From Tubiluchus corallicola (taxonomy: Eukaryota; Animalia; Priapulida), in contig JAQGDQ010002385.1 of NCBI GenBank assembly GCA_030141605.1, positions 186,001 through 250,000 of the forward strand: DNA of 64,000 bases. Direction: 5' to 3'. Below, one piece after another: positions 31,388 through 43,357 of this stretch. The notes below the pieces were generated by a model. The model saw only the letters and a program-made list of their open reading frames with translations. It did no database searches and was not told the origin of the DNA. The position numbers and the translations under genes are program-made. Numbering within the stretch: the stretch's first letter is position 1; every line of letters starts with the position of its first letter.

Positions 31388-32731
31388 ATGCGCTATCTTC
31401 CCCTAACAGATGACGACCGGAAAAAAATGCTCCAAGATATCGGCGTGGATACAGAAAAAGAGCTCTTTAGAACGCTCCCAAAATCCGATAAAATCCAGCC
31501 TGTTGACAATTTACCTCGTAAATCACAGACAGAAATGGACGTTGTCGCGCAAATACAGGCCTTTGCTTCTAAAAACCTCTCTTTAGCCTCTGCGCCATGC
31601 TTTCTCGGCGGCGGAAATTACCATCACTATATTCCCGCCATTGTCGATCACCTTGTGCAAAGAGGAGAATTTCTAACCTCATACACACCCTATCAACCTG
31701 AGATCTCTCAGGGAACATTGCAGGCCCTGTTTGAGTTCCAAACACAAGTGGCTACCCTGACAGGCATGGAAGTCGCAAACGCATCCCTCTATGACGGCGC
31801 AACAGCCTGTAGTGAAGCAATCGCTATGGCATGTCGACAAAGCAGAAAGCAAAATGTCATCCTTTCCGGAGGATTGCATCCCCACTATCGCGAAGTCGCG
31901 CAAACATCCAGTATATATTCAAACCAAGACTTGCTTGTCCTCCCGCCAACCAACGGAGAGGCCGAAGAATACGAACATCATATTGATGAAAAAACCGCCT
32001 GCGTCGTCGTGCAAACCCCTGACTTCTTTGGAAGAGTACACGATTTCACATCTCTGGCAGAACACTGTCATAAAGTCGGCGCCTTGCTCATTATTGTCGT
32101 TACTGAGGTTGTCTCTCTTGGCCTTTTGAAAAATCCTGGTGAAATGGGCGCCGATATCGTCGCCGCGGAAGGGCAATCCCTTGGAACTCCTCTTTCCTTT
32201 GGAGGACCCACCGTTGGGTTGATGGCTACAAAGAAAAAGTTTACCCGACAAATGCCAGGTCGTATCTGCGGAGAAACAACCGATGCAGACGGAAAACGCG
32301 GCTACGCCCTAACACTCTCTACACGAGAACAACATATCAGAAGAGAAAAAGCAACCAGCAATATATGCACAAATTCAGGTCTCTGTGCTCTGGCTTTCAG
32401 TATCCACCTTTCCCTCCTTGGTGGTAAAGGACTCCATAAGCTCGCGCGCCTTAACCACGCAATGGCCTCTTTGCTCTTTGAAAATCTAAAAACATTCAAA
32501 AATATAAAGCTTCCGACTTACCCTTTCTTTAACGAGTTCATTATAGAGCTGCCTAAAAACGCGCAGGAAACTGTCGATCATCTTGCTGACCAAGGCATAC
32601 TCGCCGGGATACCTCTGTCCAGACTTTATCCTTACACTGCAGAAAATACTCTCCTCATAACCGCGACAGAAACAACGACACACGCCGATATACACCACTT
32701 CATAACCAAACTTGACAAGGTGCTATCATGA
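31388..32731 (+). CDS. gcvPA: Glycine dehydrogenase subunit 1
   Basis: MRYLP, YTPYQPEISQGTLQ, REQHIRREKATSNICTN. Confidence 0.97.
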   Translation: MRYLPLTDDDRKKMLQDIGVDTEKELFRTLPKSDKIQPVDNLPRKSQTEMDVVAQIQAFASKNLSLASAPCFLGGGNYHHYIPAIVDHLVQRGEFLTSYTPYQPEISQGTLQALFEFQTQVATLTGMEVANASLYDGATACSEAIAMACRQSRKQNVILSGGLHPHYREVAQTSSIYSNQDLLVLPPTNGEAEEYEHHIDEKTACVVVQTPDFFGRVHDFTSLAEHCHKVGALLIIVVTEVVSLGLLKNPGEMGADIVAAEGQSLGTPLSFGGPTVGLMATKKKFTRQMPGRICGETTDADGKRGYALTLSTREQHIRREKATSNICTNSGLCALAFSIHLSLLGGKGLHKLARLNHAMASLLFENLKTFKNIKLPTYPFFNEFIIELPKNAQETVDHLADQGILAGIPLSRLYPYTAENTLLITATETTTHADIHHFITKLDKVLS

Positions 32732-34212
32732 CCAAACAAAAACAAACATCCTCAGGCCATAAAGCCCTCCTTCATCAAGAAGACCTGCTCTTCGAAATCG
32801 GCTCAATAGAAAAAACAGGCATTGATCTCCCGGAGATACCAGACATCAACACCCACCTTGCGGAAATGGAGCGCCCATCTCCTCCTCAGCTTCCCGGATT
32901 ATCCGAAATAGAAGCCATACGGCATTACACACGCCTAAGTCAGTTTAATTATAGCATTGATGCCGGTCTCTATCCCTTGGGCTCCTGCACAATGAAATAC
33001 AATCCCCGAGTTAACGAGCAGGTTGCGCGCCTCCCCGGTATTGTCGATCTGCATCCTTTACAGCCTCAAAAAACTGCCCAAGGCGCCCTGGAACTTATCC
33101 ATACACTCGCTGAGTGGCTTTGTAAACTAACCGGAATGCCCGCCATCTGCATGTCTCCAGCAGCAGGCGCGCATGGAGAGCTCGCAGGACTCATGACAAT
33201 CAGAGCGGCTCTGGAATCACAAGGAAATCCACGAAAAAAAATACTATCCCCAGCATCAGCGCACGGAACAAATCCCGCTAGCGCAGCAGCATGTGGCTAT
33301 ACCGTCCAGACTCTCCCTTCCGCAAAAAACGGATGCGTTGACTTGGAAGCTCTCGAAAAAGCTCTGGACGACGACACTGCCGCTATCATGCTTACAAACC
33401 CAAATACATGCGGGTTATTCGAATCTGACATCCTAACAATTTCGGAAATAGTCCATAAAGCCGGCGCCTACTTCTATTGCGACGGCGCAAACTTCAACGC
33501 TATTGTCGGGCATGTCCGCCCTGGAGATCTGGGAATCGACTGTATGCACCTTAATCTCCATAAAACATTCTCAACACCTCACGGTGGAGGCGGGCCGGGA
33601 AGCGGGCCTGTGGTCCTTTCACAAGCGCTGGCTCCTTTTGCTCCTCTCCCTTTGGTTATGCATCATGGCAGCCATTATAAACTTGTCGAGCATAATGAAA
33701 ATAACAGCCAGCATCTTGGGAGAATAAAAGGCTTCCATGGGCAATTTAACGTCTTTGTAAAAGCGTTAGCCTATATTATCGCTATGGGCGTCGACGGGCT
33801 GAAACAAGCCTCCACAGATGCTGTCTTAAGCGCAAACTACCTGATGGCTAAACTCTCTGAGGAGCTCACACCCGCCTTTGAAGGCCCTTGTATGCACGAA
33901 GTTCTCTTTGACGATTCTTTCCTCAAAGAAACTGGCGTGACAACCCTTGATTTCGCAAAAGCTATGATCGATGAAGGATTCCATCCCATGACAATGTATT
34001 TCCCAACTGTCGTCAATGGCGCCTTCCTGATTGAACCAACCGAAACAGAAAGCAAGCAAACACTGGATCAATTCATCGAAACAATGCTTTATCTCGCAAA
34101 AGAAGCTAAAAAAGGAAATAAAGAGCTCTTTACCGACGCGCCACAACTCGCTCCTAAAAAACGGCTAGACGAAGTAAAAGCCGCCCGAAACCCCATCCTT
34201 ACTCATTCATAA
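32728..34212 (+). CDS. gcvPB: Glycine dehydrogenase subunit 2
   Basis: PLGSCTMKYNP, AHGTNPAS, PLP site HLNLHKTFSTPHGGGGPG. Confidence 0.97.
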   Translation: MTKQKQTSSGHKALLHQEDLLFEIGSIEKTGIDLPEIPDINTHLAEMERPSPPQLPGLSEIEAIRHYTRLSQFNYSIDAGLYPLGSCTMKYNPRVNEQVARLPGIVDLHPLQPQKTAQGALELIHTLAEWLCKLTGMPAICMSPAAGAHGELAGLMTIRAALESQGNPRKKILSPASAHGTNPASAAACGYTVQTLPSAKNGCVDLEALEKALDDDTAAIMLTNPNTCGLFESDILTISEIVHKAGAYFYCDGANFNAIVGHVRPGDLGIDCMHLNLHKTFSTPHGGGGPGSGPVVLSQALAPFAPLPLVMHHGSHYKLVEHNENNSQHLGRIKGFHGQFNVFVKALAYIIAMGVDGLKQASTDAVLSANYLMAKLSEELTPAFEGPCMHEVLFDDSFLKETGVTTLDFAKAMIDEGFHPMTMYFPTVVNGAFLIEPTETESKQTLDQFIETMLYLAKEAKKGNKELFTDAPQLAPKKRLDEVKAARNPILTHS

Positions 34213-34310
34213 AAAACGCTTTCAGTTAAAGAAGGAGCATAAAAGCCAAACATTCCTCCCTTTTAAATCCCTTGTTTGCTTTTCGTTCTTTCATATATGG
34301 AGAAAAAATT

Positions 34311-34517
34311 ATGTCTGATGAAAAAAATACAGTAGAAGAAAATAAAATATCCCCGCCTACAAAAGATCCAAAGCAAAATTACGACTGGAGCAGCGACAAA
34401 AACCACTACAAGATCGATCCAAAAACAGGACGCCCTAAAGAATATGGAGGTCCATCAGGCCCCGATCCCATACGATATCAGGATTGGGAAAGAAAAGGAA
34501 TCTGTCGAGATTTCTAG
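34311..34517 (+). CDS. DUF1674 / SDHAF4-like small protein
   Basis: PKEYGGPSGPDPIRYQDWERKGICRDF C-terminus; RBS GGAG before the ATG at 34311. Confidence 0.9.
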   Translation: MSDEKNTVEENKISPPTKDPKQNYDWSSDKNHYKIDPKTGRPKEYGGPSGPDPIRYQDWERKGICRDF

Positions 34518-35884
34518 CGCCGCCGCCACGTCGTTCCGGAAGGGCTATCTTCTAAAATAACGCCCTGCGCTTCCAGCTCATCCCGTATACGGTCAGATTC
34601 CCCATAATTCTTAGAACGGCGAGCAGAAGTACGCTTTTCAATCAAAGACTCTATAGCTTCTTTTGTTAAGCCGAGCGATTCCTCATGGCCATGGAACCAA
34701 ACTTCCGGATCCACCTGTAAAATGCCCAGCAAAGATCCTCCTGTCAATAAAGTTTCTTTTAATCGTTGGCGTTCCTTTTGACTTTCCGCCTTATTTAAAA
34801 GACCTGCAATCTCATGCAACTTACTAATGGCAAGAGGTGTATTTAAATCATCACAAAGCGCAGAAACAATATCAGAAGGCATCTCCCCTAAATCCTCATC
34901 ACTATCAGAAACCATACGTAAAGCGCCATAAAAACGATCTAAAGACTCACGAGCCTGATGAAGATAACTCTCCGTCCAGTTTAGCGGCTGGCGATAATGA
35001 GTCATTAATAAACAAAAACGAATAACCTCCGGATGAGCAACAGATAAAACATCCCTAACCGTCAGAAAATTCCCCAGACTCTTAGACATTTTCTCACCAT
35101 TCACCATCAAATAACCATTATGAAGCCAATATCGCGCGAATTCACCCGGATAAGCCGACCAGCTCTGTGCAATCTCATTTTCATGATGTGGAAAAATCAA
35201 ATCTTGACCGCCACCGTGGATATCAAAAGAATCACCCAAATATTTATGCGCCATCGCCGAACATTCAAGATGCCAACCAGGGCGGCCAAATCCCCAAGGA
35301 GAATCCCATCCCGGCTGTCCCTCCTTTGAAGGCTTCCATAACACAAAATCAGCAGGATTCTTCTTGTAAGAAGCGACCTCAACGCGCGCGCCTGCTATGA
35401 TTTCCTCTTGGCAGCAACGCGATAAAGCCCCATACGAAGAAAGCGCCTGAACATGAAACAAAACATGACCTTCCGCCTCATACGCATACCCTCGCTCTAA
35501 AAGAATCGAAACCAAATCCTGCATCTCCGGTATATGATCTGTCGCCTTTGGCTCTATATCAGGGCGCAACGCGCCCAGCATGTCCATATCTTCATGATAC
35601 GCCCGTGTTGTACGCTCTGTAATACTATCAACAGGCTCCCCGGTCTTTAAAGAAGCCTCTATAATCTTATCGTCAATATCTGTAATATTCCGAGCATACA
35701 AAACATGGCTGTAAAGATGAGACAAAAGTCTGTATAAAACATCAAAAACAACGACAGGGCGCGCATTGCCTATATGCGCATAATCATAAACTGTCGGGCC
35801 GCAAACATACATTTTTACACGATCATTGTCCAAAGGCTTAAACAAACCCTTCTTGCGCGTCAATGTATTATAAAGATATAACAT
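34514..35884 (-). CDS. cysS: Cysteine--tRNA ligase
   Basis: YVCGPTVY, HIGNAR, GRPGWHLEC, KMSKS. Start set at MLYLYN. Confidence 0.97.
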   Translation of the reverse strand: MLYLYNTLTRKKGLFKPLDNDRVKMYVCGPTVYDYAHIGNARPVVVFDVLYRLLSHLYSHVLYARNITDIDDKIIEASLKTGEPVDSITERTTRAYHEDMDMLGALRPDIEPKATDHIPEMQDLVSILLERGYAYEAEGHVLFHVQALSSYGALSRCCQEEIIAGARVEVASYKKNPADFVLWKPSKEGQPGWDSPWGFGRPGWHLECSAMAHKYLGDSFDIHGGGQDLIFPHHENEIAQSWSAYPGEFARYWLHNGYLMVNGEKMSKSLGNFLTVRDVLSVAHPEVIRFCLLMTHYRQPLNWTESYLHQARESLDRFYGALRMVSDSDEDLGEMPSDIVSALCDDLNTPLAISKLHEIAGLLNKAESQKERQRLKETLLTGGSLLGILQVDPEVWFHGHEESLGLTKEAIESLIEKRTSARRSKNYGESDRIRDELEAQGVILEDSPSGTTWRRR

Positions 35885-36021
35885 AAAAACTCCTAACCAC
35901 TTCCCATAAAGAGATTCCACAAAGGCACCAACACACCTAAAGCTCTTATCCTACAGGAAAACACTCCTATGAAATTAATTGATTCCCTTAGGCAATTTTT
36001 CAGCATTTACTAAAAAACGCT

Positions 36022-37368
36022 CTAAGACGAACAGCCTAAACGCTCTAAGACGTGCTCGCGACCCAGCAATAACAATAATTTCTTCATTTCTGGACCATTT
36101 CTCCGAGCTGTTAACGCAAGCCGTAGCGGTAAAAATAAAGCCTTCCCATGACGAGAGGTCTTCTCCTTTAGCGAATCAGTCCAACAATGCCATGTCTCTT
36201 CATCCCAAGGTTCCTTTGGCAATAATGACACTGCTTCCGCAATAAATTCACGATCCTCAATAATCGGTGATATCTCGCCAAAACAAACAGAATACCAATC
36301 AAAAACATCATCAAAAACATTTAAATTTTCTCGAACAACTTCCCAAAATTCCCTAGAAAGAGCCGGAAAAGAATCCAGATTGGAAAATCGCCTCTGCGCT
36401 TCCTCCCAGCCTATCCCATGAACATAACGGCGTGTCAAATGGTAAAGCTTCTCCTCATCAAATTTCGGCGAGTTGCGCGCATACACGGATAAATCAAAAT
36501 GAGACGACAATTCCTCCAGATCCTTACAAAGATCATGGCTTTCATATCCTCCTCCCAAAGAAACAAGCAGCATATTCAAAGCCATTGCCTCAACACCGTT
36601 GCTGCGTAAATCCTGAATGGATAAACTCCCCGTACGTTTGGATAAATTATCACCCTGAGCGCCAGTTAATAATGGAATATGCGCAAAAACCGGAGCCGAC
36701 AAACCTAGCGCCTCAAAAAGCTGAATCTGAATCGCAGAATTCGTAACATGATCCTCACCGCGGATAATATGTGTAATCGACATATCTCCATCATCAACTG
36801 TCGAAGGTAACATATATAAAAATGTCTCATCTTCCCGAACCAGCACAGGATCGCTTAAATATGACGCGTCAAACTCGACATCCCCTCGGACAAGATCGCA
36901 AAAAACAATCCGCTCATGCAACAGCTGAAAACGCCAATGCGGGCGGCGGCCAGCTTCCTCTAAAGCATGGCGATCCTCCTCGCTTAACGCAAGTGCCGCG
37001 CGATCATAAACCGGCGGCAAACCACGAGCAAGCTGACGACGACGTTTATACTCAAGCTCCTCAGAGGTCTCATAGCAAGGATACAAACGTCCCTCGTCAA
37101 TTAATTTCTGAAAAGCCTCTTTATATAAAGATAAACGAGAAGACTGGCGATAAAAGCCATCCCAGTGAAAACCCAGCCAAGATAAATCATTCTCCAATAT
37201 ATCCTTATAACTCTCCTTAGAACGTTCCTGATCCGTATCATCAAGACGGAGTAAAAAGTTCCCCCTGTGGTGCTTCGCGTACAAAAAGTTAAAAAGCGCC
37301 GTACGAGCATTTCCAGGATGTAACAATCCCGTCGGAGAAGGAGCAAAACGTACACGTACCTTTGTCAT
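36022..37368 (-). CDS. gltX: Glutamate--tRNA ligase
   Basis: RFAPSPTG.LHPGN, DDTD, IRGEDH, LSKR. Confidence 0.93.
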   Translation of the reverse strand: MTKVRVRFAPSPTGLLHPGNARTALFNFLYAKHHRGNFLLRLDDTDQERSKESYKDILENDLSWLGFHWDGFYRQSSRLSLYKEAFQKLIDEGRLYPCYETSEELEYKRRRQLARGLPPVYDRAALALSEEDRHALEEAGRRPHWRFQLLHERIVFCDLVRGDVEFDASYLSDPVLVREDETFLYMLPSTVDDGDMSITHIIRGEDHVTNSAIQIQLFEALGLSAPVFAHIPLLTGAQGDNLSKRTGSLSIQDLRSNGVEAMALNMLLVSLGGGYESHDLCKDLEELSSHFDLSVYARNSPKFDEEKLYHLTRRYVHGIGWEEAQRRFSNLDSFPALSREFWEVVRENLNVFDDVFDWYSVCFGEISPIIEDREFIAEAVSLLPKEPWDEETWHCWTDSLKEKTSRHGKALFLPLRLALTARRNGPEMKKLLLLLGREHVLERLGCSS

Positions 37369-37462
37369 TTAATCCACCCTATCCCTATTTTCATAAACCC
37401 ATATAGTATAAAATAACCAACCATAAATTTCAACTTTCGACAGACTTTCATAACCGCTACGC

Positions 37463-39145
37463 CTATACCAAATAAGGCTCTTCGTTCACAAGGCGCGTGA
37501 AACCATTCACAATCGGGTATTTCCTATCATAATGAAACATTTTTTTCGATAACTTGACACACAAAGGCATTTGGCGACGTTTATATTCCGCATTATGAAG
37601 CCGGCACCAAATATCTTTCACCATATCAACACTATAGCCATGAGAAATTAAATCTCCAACCGATAAATCCTCCTCAACCAAACCATATAATATCTTGTCA
37701 AGAAGATCATAGGGAGGCAAATTGTCCTCATCTTTTTGATCTGCGCGCAACTCCGCCGAGGGAGCCCTATCTATAATCAGCTGCGGAATAACGACACCAG
37801 AAGACCCTAGAACATTCGATGGGCAAATACGATTTCGCCAACGCGCGAGCTGAAAAACCATCGTCTTGTAAAGATCTCCTAAAACACTGTAACCACCACA
37901 CATATCGCCATAAATCGTCGCGTAACCAACAGCCGCCTCCGACTTATTGCCCGTCATTAACAATAGATGCCCATATGTGTTTGAATAAGACATTAACATA
38001 ACAGCTCGAATTCGCGCCTGAATATTCTCCGCAGCTATACCAGAAATATCTCCTCCTAAAACAGGCGATAACTCTCCCTGAAACACTGACATTACAGATT
38101 CAATCGAAAGCTCATGGAGCGTAATTCCTAGAGAATCCCTTAAAAGGCGAGCCCCTTTAAGACTCTCAGAAGAGGTCCAAGGCGAGCGCAACATCATGCC
38201 GACAACATTCTCCGCTCCCAAAGCGTCCACCGCAATCGCTGCGCTTACCGCGCTGTCAATTCCACCCGAAATCCCCATGACAACTCCATGGCAATCCGAT
38301 TTTTTAACATAGTCCGATAGCCCCATAACCATCGCAGACCATAAGTTTTCTTCTGCGGAAGGAAGCTTATAAAGAGATTCCGATTCGCAATTTAAACGAC
38401 TTTCTCCCTGCCACCAATGCGTTCCCTCCACAAACGATTTCCACGCTGGGTATAAAAGCTTTATATCCCCTTGCGAATCCAATACAAAAGAGGTGCCATC
38501 AAAAACAACTTCATCTTGCCCCCCTAAAAGATTCACATAAACCAGCGGCAATCCCGTTTTTGACACACGTGAGCGCGCAATAGACAAACGCCGCTGCTGT
38601 TTTCCTGCCTCAAATGGAGAGCTATTCAGAGCAATAAGAATATCCGAGCCACAACTCGCTAAATGATCTGTAACTTCATCACTCCATAAATCATCCCCTA
38701 TCATAATCCCAAGCTGAAAACCACGAAATAACAAAGGGGACGGACGAGCGCCAACAGAGAAAAAACGCTCCTCATGAAACGGAGAAGATGTCTGCAAAAC
38801 GCGTTTGAAACGAACAGCGGAGACATCTCCCTCGTCCAACATAACCGCCGCGTTATAAAGATTACCACCAGCATACCACGGCGCGCCAAGCAAAACCGCA
38901 GGGCCGCCATCTTCCGTCAAGACAGCAATTTCCGCTATCTTCTCCATAACACGTTCAACAAAAGACGGCTTTAAAACTAAATCCCCCAAAGGATAGCCCG
39001 ATAAAACCATCTCGCCAAAAACAACAAGATCCGCTCCTTGCTCTGCCGCTTTGGCGCGTGCTTCACAAATTAAACGAACATTCCCATCAAGATCACCAAC
39101 TAATGGGTTGATTTGTGCTAATGATATTAAAAATGTCTTTTTCAT
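37463..39145 (-). CDS. nadE: Two-domain NAD+ synthetase (nitrilase-like domain plus synthetase domain)
   Basis: AQINPLVGDL.GN, SGGIDS, ENIQARIR, GNKSE, GYATIYGD, PSAELR, AEYKRRQ. Start set at MKKTFL. Confidence 0.95.
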   Translation of the reverse strand: MKKTFLISLAQINPLVGDLDGNVRLICEARAKAAEQGADLVVFGEMVLSGYPLGDLVLKPSFVERVMEKIAEIAVLTEDGGPAVLLGAPWYAGGNLYNAAVMLDEGDVSAVRFKRVLQTSSPFHEERFFSVGARPSPLLFRGFQLGIMIGDDLWSDEVTDHLASCGSDILIALNSSPFEAGKQQRRLSIARSRVSKTGLPLVYVNLLGGQDEVVFDGTSFVLDSQGDIKLLYPAWKSFVEGTHWWQGESRLNCESESLYKLPSAEENLWSAMVMGLSDYVKKSDCHGVVMGISGGIDSAVSAAIAVDALGAENVVGMMLRSPWTSSESLKGARLLRDSLGITLHELSIESVMSVFQGELSPVLGGDISGIAAENIQARIRAVMLMSYSNTYGHLLLMTGNKSEAAVGYATIYGDMCGGYSVLGDLYKTMVFQLARWRNRICPSNVLGSSGVVIPQLIIDRAPSAELRADQKDEDNLPPYDLLDKILYGLVEEDLSVGDLISHGYSVDMVKDIWCRLHNAEYKRRQMPLCVKLSKKMFHYDRKYPIVNGFTRLVNEEPYLV

Positions 39146-39338
39146 CAAAAATTCTCTTCCTTTTACCCATACAAACACCGTAAAAGTATTTATAATATTT
39201 CTCTGTAAATACTCATCAAATATAAAAAACATCGTCAGAAAAATATACAAATTGCTGGCGTGACTGCAAAAATTTAAATACGCTATTGATAGTAAATACT
39301 AAAAATTACAGTTTTATTAAAAAATACAGGCTTCACAA

Positions 39339-40682
39339 TTATAAATAAAGAATTTCCGCAAGCATAAAAGCAAGCTCCAATGATTGGCGCGCATTTAAAC
39401 GAGGATCACAATGCGTATGATAGCGACTGCTCAAATCCTCATCACGAATACGTTGAGCGCCCCCAACACATTCTGTAACATCTTGACCTGTCATCTCAAA
39501 ATGAACACCTCCCGCGTGAGTTCCTTCCTGACGATGGCAGTCAAAAAACGCTCGAACTTCATCCATTATATCATCAAAACGACGTGTCTTATACCCACTA
39601 TTGCTCTTGACCGTATTCGCATGCATAGGATCACAAATCCATACAATATAACGCCCCTCACGCTGAACACGGCGCAAAAGAGTCGGAAATGACTCCCGAA
39701 GCTGCGAGGCTCCCATACGCGTGATGAAAGATAATCGACCCGGTATATTTTCCGGATTTAAAATATCAATCAGAGCCATTAATTCCGACTCCGATATCGA
39801 TTCGCTGATCTTAACGCCTACAGGATTAGCAATTCCTCGCATATACTCTATATGAGCTCCATCCAACTGACGCGTACGCTCCCCAATCCACGGCATATGA
39901 GTCGACGTGTCATACCACTCATTGGAAATACTATCTATACGCGTTAACGCTTCCTCATAATGGAGCAATAACGCTTCATGAGATGTAAAAAAATCCGTCT
40001 CTCGAATCTGCGGCGTATTCTCTGAATGTAAACCACACGCTTTCATAAATTTTAACGATTCTGTCAAACGAACCGCAAGATCCTCATACCGGCGCTGAAG
40101 ATTCGAATCACTGATAAAATCAAGTGTCCAAGCATGGACACGCGTAACATCCGCATACCCTCCTTGCGCAAGCGCTCGTAAAAAATTCAACGTGGACGCC
40201 GCTTGATTATAGCCTCGCAAAAGACGATCCGGCGACGGGTAGCGCTTCTCCGCCGTAAATTCCATACCGTTAATCATATCACCACGATAAGACGGCAGAG
40301 TCACACCGTCTATTGTCTCTGTATCCTGCGAACGCGGCTTGGCAAACTGACCTGCCATGCGACCAATCTTCACAACTGGGCAGGCCGCTCCAAACGTCAA
40401 AACAATCGCCATCTGCAACAAAACACGAAAAGTATCCCGAATCGTATTTGGATGAAACTCCCGAAAACTCTCCGCGCAATCTCCCCCCTGTAAAACAAAC
40501 GCTCGACCGCACGCCGCCTCCGCTAAAGCCTCACGCAAACGAGCAGCCTCCCCCGCAAAAACAAGCGGAGGATAAGTATGAATCTGCTCTTCAATTGCCT
40601 TAAGAGATTCCAAATCTTGATAAACAGGAAGTTGAGCAGCCTGCTTACAGCGCCAGCTCGAAGGCGTCCATTCTTTTTTCAT
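39339..40682 (-). CDS. Class II DAHP synthase
   Basis: [43 protein letters not shown]. Confidence 0.96.
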   Translation of the reverse strand: MKKEWTPSSWRCKQAAQLPVYQDLESLKAIEEQIHTYPPLVFAGEAARLREALAEAACGRAFVLQGGDCAESFREFHPNTIRDTFRVLLQMAIVLTFGAACPVVKIGRMAGQFAKPRSQDTETIDGVTLPSYRGDMINGMEFTAEKRYPSPDRLLRGYNQAASTLNFLRALAQGGYADVTRVHAWTLDFISDSNLQRRYEDLAVRLTESLKFMKACGLHSENTPQIRETDFFTSHEALLLHYEEALTRIDSISNEWYDTSTHMPWIGERTRQLDGAHIEYMRGIANPVGVKISESISESELMALIDILNPENIPGRLSFITRMGASQLRESFPTLLRRVQREGRYIVWICDPMHANTVKSNSGYKTRRFDDIMDEVRAFFDCHRQEGTHAGGVHFEMTGQDVTECVGGAQRIRDEDLSSRYHTHCDPRLNARQSLELAFMLAEILYL

Positions 40683-40821
40683 CGTTCCCCTTAAAAATCC
40701 TTTTCCATAAATTGCATTAATCTTCCTTAATGACCTTTATCAGATGATAGAAACAGCAGATCATCAAAAAAAACTTCCAGAAAAATGATCGCGCACTAGC
40801 AAACACTCTCTCATAAAAGCG

Positions 40822-41823
40822 TCATTCGCTTTCTTTCTGATGCCTAGTATACTTATCTTCACGAGAGGCTAACTCCTGGCCAGACGCTTTAAAACGACGC
40901 ATCCACTTGGGCATCAGGATTTCAATATCAGATGGAGAAATTCCTAAATCCACAAATCCCTTATAATCACCAGAGATCACATTGCCACGGTTACAAAGTT
41001 TTAACTGCTCTTGCGTTAAAAGCGGAAACGGTAACACTCCCAAAAAACGCGCGCCTCCAGATAAAAGAAACTGAGGCGCAGCCCATAATAAACGACGGCG
41101 ATTAATAGTCCTCAAAACGAGCTCAACCATCCCCCTATAAGTATAGGACTTAATACCACCAAGCTCATAAGTTTCGCCAAAGCAATCCGGATTTAAAAGA
41201 GCATGGCTAACCGCGTTCGCAACATCCCCAACATAAACAGGCTGAAATAAAACGTTATCATCGTTATTTAATAAAGGCATCACCGGAAGAATTGTACTCA
41301 AAGAGGCTAAGCGATTAAAAAACTTATCCTCCGAGCCCGCCAGCAATCCCGGGCGGATAACCGTCGAGCTCTGAAAATTTTCAAGAGAAGCCTCCTCTCC
41401 AAATGCTTTCATCTTTAAATAAACACTATCCGAGTTTTTATCCGCTCCCAGCGCGGAAATATAAACTAAATGCTTAGCACGCTCATCTCGCGCAACAAGC
41501 GCAATCTTTTTAGCAAGCTCATACAAAATAGAGGAAAATTTCTGATTTCTTCTCTCTCGAATAATGCCAATAGCGTTAACAACGCCATCCGCTCCCCTTA
41601 AAACAGTCCGAACATGATCCATATCCTCCACGTCAGCCGGATAAATAGAAATCTGACCGACACGACCATAAGAGCAAAGATATTGAGCCTTCTGAGCATT
41701 CCGTACAGCAACACGAATAATATAGCCTTCATTTGCCAAACATTGAATAATATAGCGCCCTAAAAATCCAGTTCCACCCCAAACAACTACAATGCTTTTT
41801 CTTACTTCATGAACCATACCCAA
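40822..41823 (-). CDS. Complex I NDUFA9-family NAD(P)-binding protein
   Basis: GGTGFLGRY, VAVR, G.VGQ, FQPVYVGDVA. Confidence 0.88.
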   Translation of the reverse strand: MGMVHEVRKSIVVVWGGTGFLGRYIIQCLANEGYIIRVAVRNAQKAQYLCSYGRVGQISIYPADVEDMDHVRTVLRGADGVVNAIGIIRERRNQKFSSILYELAKKIALVARDERAKHLVYISALGADKNSDSVYLKMKAFGEEASLENFQSSTVIRPGLLAGSEDKFFNRLASLSTILPVMPLLNNDDNVLFQPVYVGDVANAVSHALLNPDCFGETYELGGIKSYTYRGMVELVLRTINRRRLLWAAPQFLLSGGARFLGVLPFPLLTQEQLKLCNRGNVISGDYKGFVDLGISPSDIEILMPKWMRRFKASGQELASREDKYTRHQKESE

Positions 41824-41864
41824 AGCCTTTTATATACTCAAATTAAACCTAATAATTTACGTGA

Positions 41865-43343
41865 TTAATCACATGATTTTACTATTCGATTCCGTAAAAT
41901 CTTATTAACAGAAGCTGGATTCGCCTTTCCGCTTGTCTTCTTCATAACCTGACCAACAAACCAACCTAAAAGCTTGTCCTTGCCTCCACGAATTTCTTCA
42001 ACCTTATCAGGATTTTTTGATAAAATCTCATCAATAATCGCTTCAAGGGCGCTCGTATCCGTAATCTGAATCAGCCCCCGTTCCTCTACAATCGATAACG
42101 GTGTGCTTTCATCCTCTATCATAATTTCAAAAACATCCTTGGCAATCCGACTGGAAATCGTCTCATCTATGATTAAATCCAGCAATAGCCCTAAACGCTC
42201 GGCAGAAATCGGACTTTCATCAATTGACAAGCCTTCTTTGTTCAAAAGGCCGAATAAATTCGTAATCACCCAATTCGCCGCAAGTTTCGGATCCCGGCGC
42301 AAACCATGGCCATCACAAACAACACGCTCATAAAATTCTGCCAGACGACGCGATACAACCAAAACGCCCGCGTCATAAAACGTTAAGCCATAATCCGCAA
42401 TAAAACGCCCCTTCTTTTTATCCGGCAATTCCGGTAAAGAAGCAGCTACCGAATCAACAAAATCCTGTGATAAACGCAAAGGTAGTAAATCCGGATCCGG
42501 AAAATAGCGATAATCATGCGCAAACTCTTTCTTGCGCATAGATCGTGTCTCCCCTTGCGTAGGATCAAATAAACGAGTCTCCTGAACAACCTCGCCACCC
42601 TCTTCCCAAATATCAACCTGACGTTCTGCCTCAAACTCTATAGCCTGCATAACAAAGCGAACAGAATTCACATTCTTAATCTCAACACGTGTCCTGAGTT
42701 CCTCACCAGGGTAACGAACCGAAATATTAACATCGCATCGCATCGATCCTTCGTCCATATTTCCATCACACGTCCCAAGATAACGAACAATTGAACGTAA
42801 CTTCCGTAAATAAGCTCCCGCCTCCTCAGGGCTTCGCATATCCGGCGCAGAAACAATCTCCATCAAACATACACCCGAGCGATTTAAATCAATAAAGCTT
42901 TCCGTAGGATGCTGATCATGCAACGATTTTCCCGCATCTTGTTCCATATGAAGACGCTCTATCCGAACATGCTTCGTGCTGCCATCCGGTAAATCTAAAA
43001 TAACCTCACCCTCACCAACAATCGGGTGATACAATTGCGATATCTGATATCCTTGCGGTAAATCCGCGTAAAAATAGTTCTTCCGATCAAAAACAGAATA
43101 TAAATTAATCTTTGCGTTAAGCCCTAGTCCTGTCCGAACCGCCTGTTCTACACAATATCTGTTCAAAACAGGTAAAACACCAGGCATCGCCGCATCCACA
43201 AACGAAACATGCATATTAGGCTCTCCGCCAAAATCAGTCGACGCGCTCGAGAATAATTTCGATCGCGAAATCACCTGGCAGTGAACCTCCAGCCCAATAA
43301 CAACTTCCCAATCTCCCGTTGCTCCCTCTATTTGATAGCTCAT
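41865..43343 (-). CDS. gatB: Asp/Glu-tRNA amidotransferase subunit B
   Basis: [33 protein letters not shown]. Confidence 0.98.
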   Translation of the reverse strand: MSYQIEGATGDWEVVIGLEVHCQVISRSKLFSSASTDFGGEPNMHVSFVDAAMPGVLPVLNRYCVEQAVRTGLGLNAKINLYSVFDRKNYFYADLPQGYQISQLYHPIVGEGEVILDLPDGSTKHVRIERLHMEQDAGKSLHDQHPTESFIDLNRSGVCLMEIVSAPDMRSPEEAGAYLRKLRSIVRYLGTCDGNMDEGSMRCDVNISVRYPGEELRTRVEIKNVNSVRFVMQAIEFEAERQVDIWEEGGEVVQETRLFDPTQGETRSMRKKEFAHDYRYFPDPDLLPLRLSQDFVDSVAASLPELPDKKKGRFIADYGLTFYDAGVLVVSRRLAEFYERVVCDGHGLRRDPKLAANWVITNLFGLLNKEGLSIDESPISAERLGLLLDLIIDETISSRIAKDVFEIMIEDESTPLSIVEERGLIQITDTSALEAIIDEILSKNPDKVEEIRGGKDKLLGWFVGQVMKKTSGKANPASVNKILRNRIVKSCD

Positions 43344-43357
43344 CGTTGGCTCCCTTC

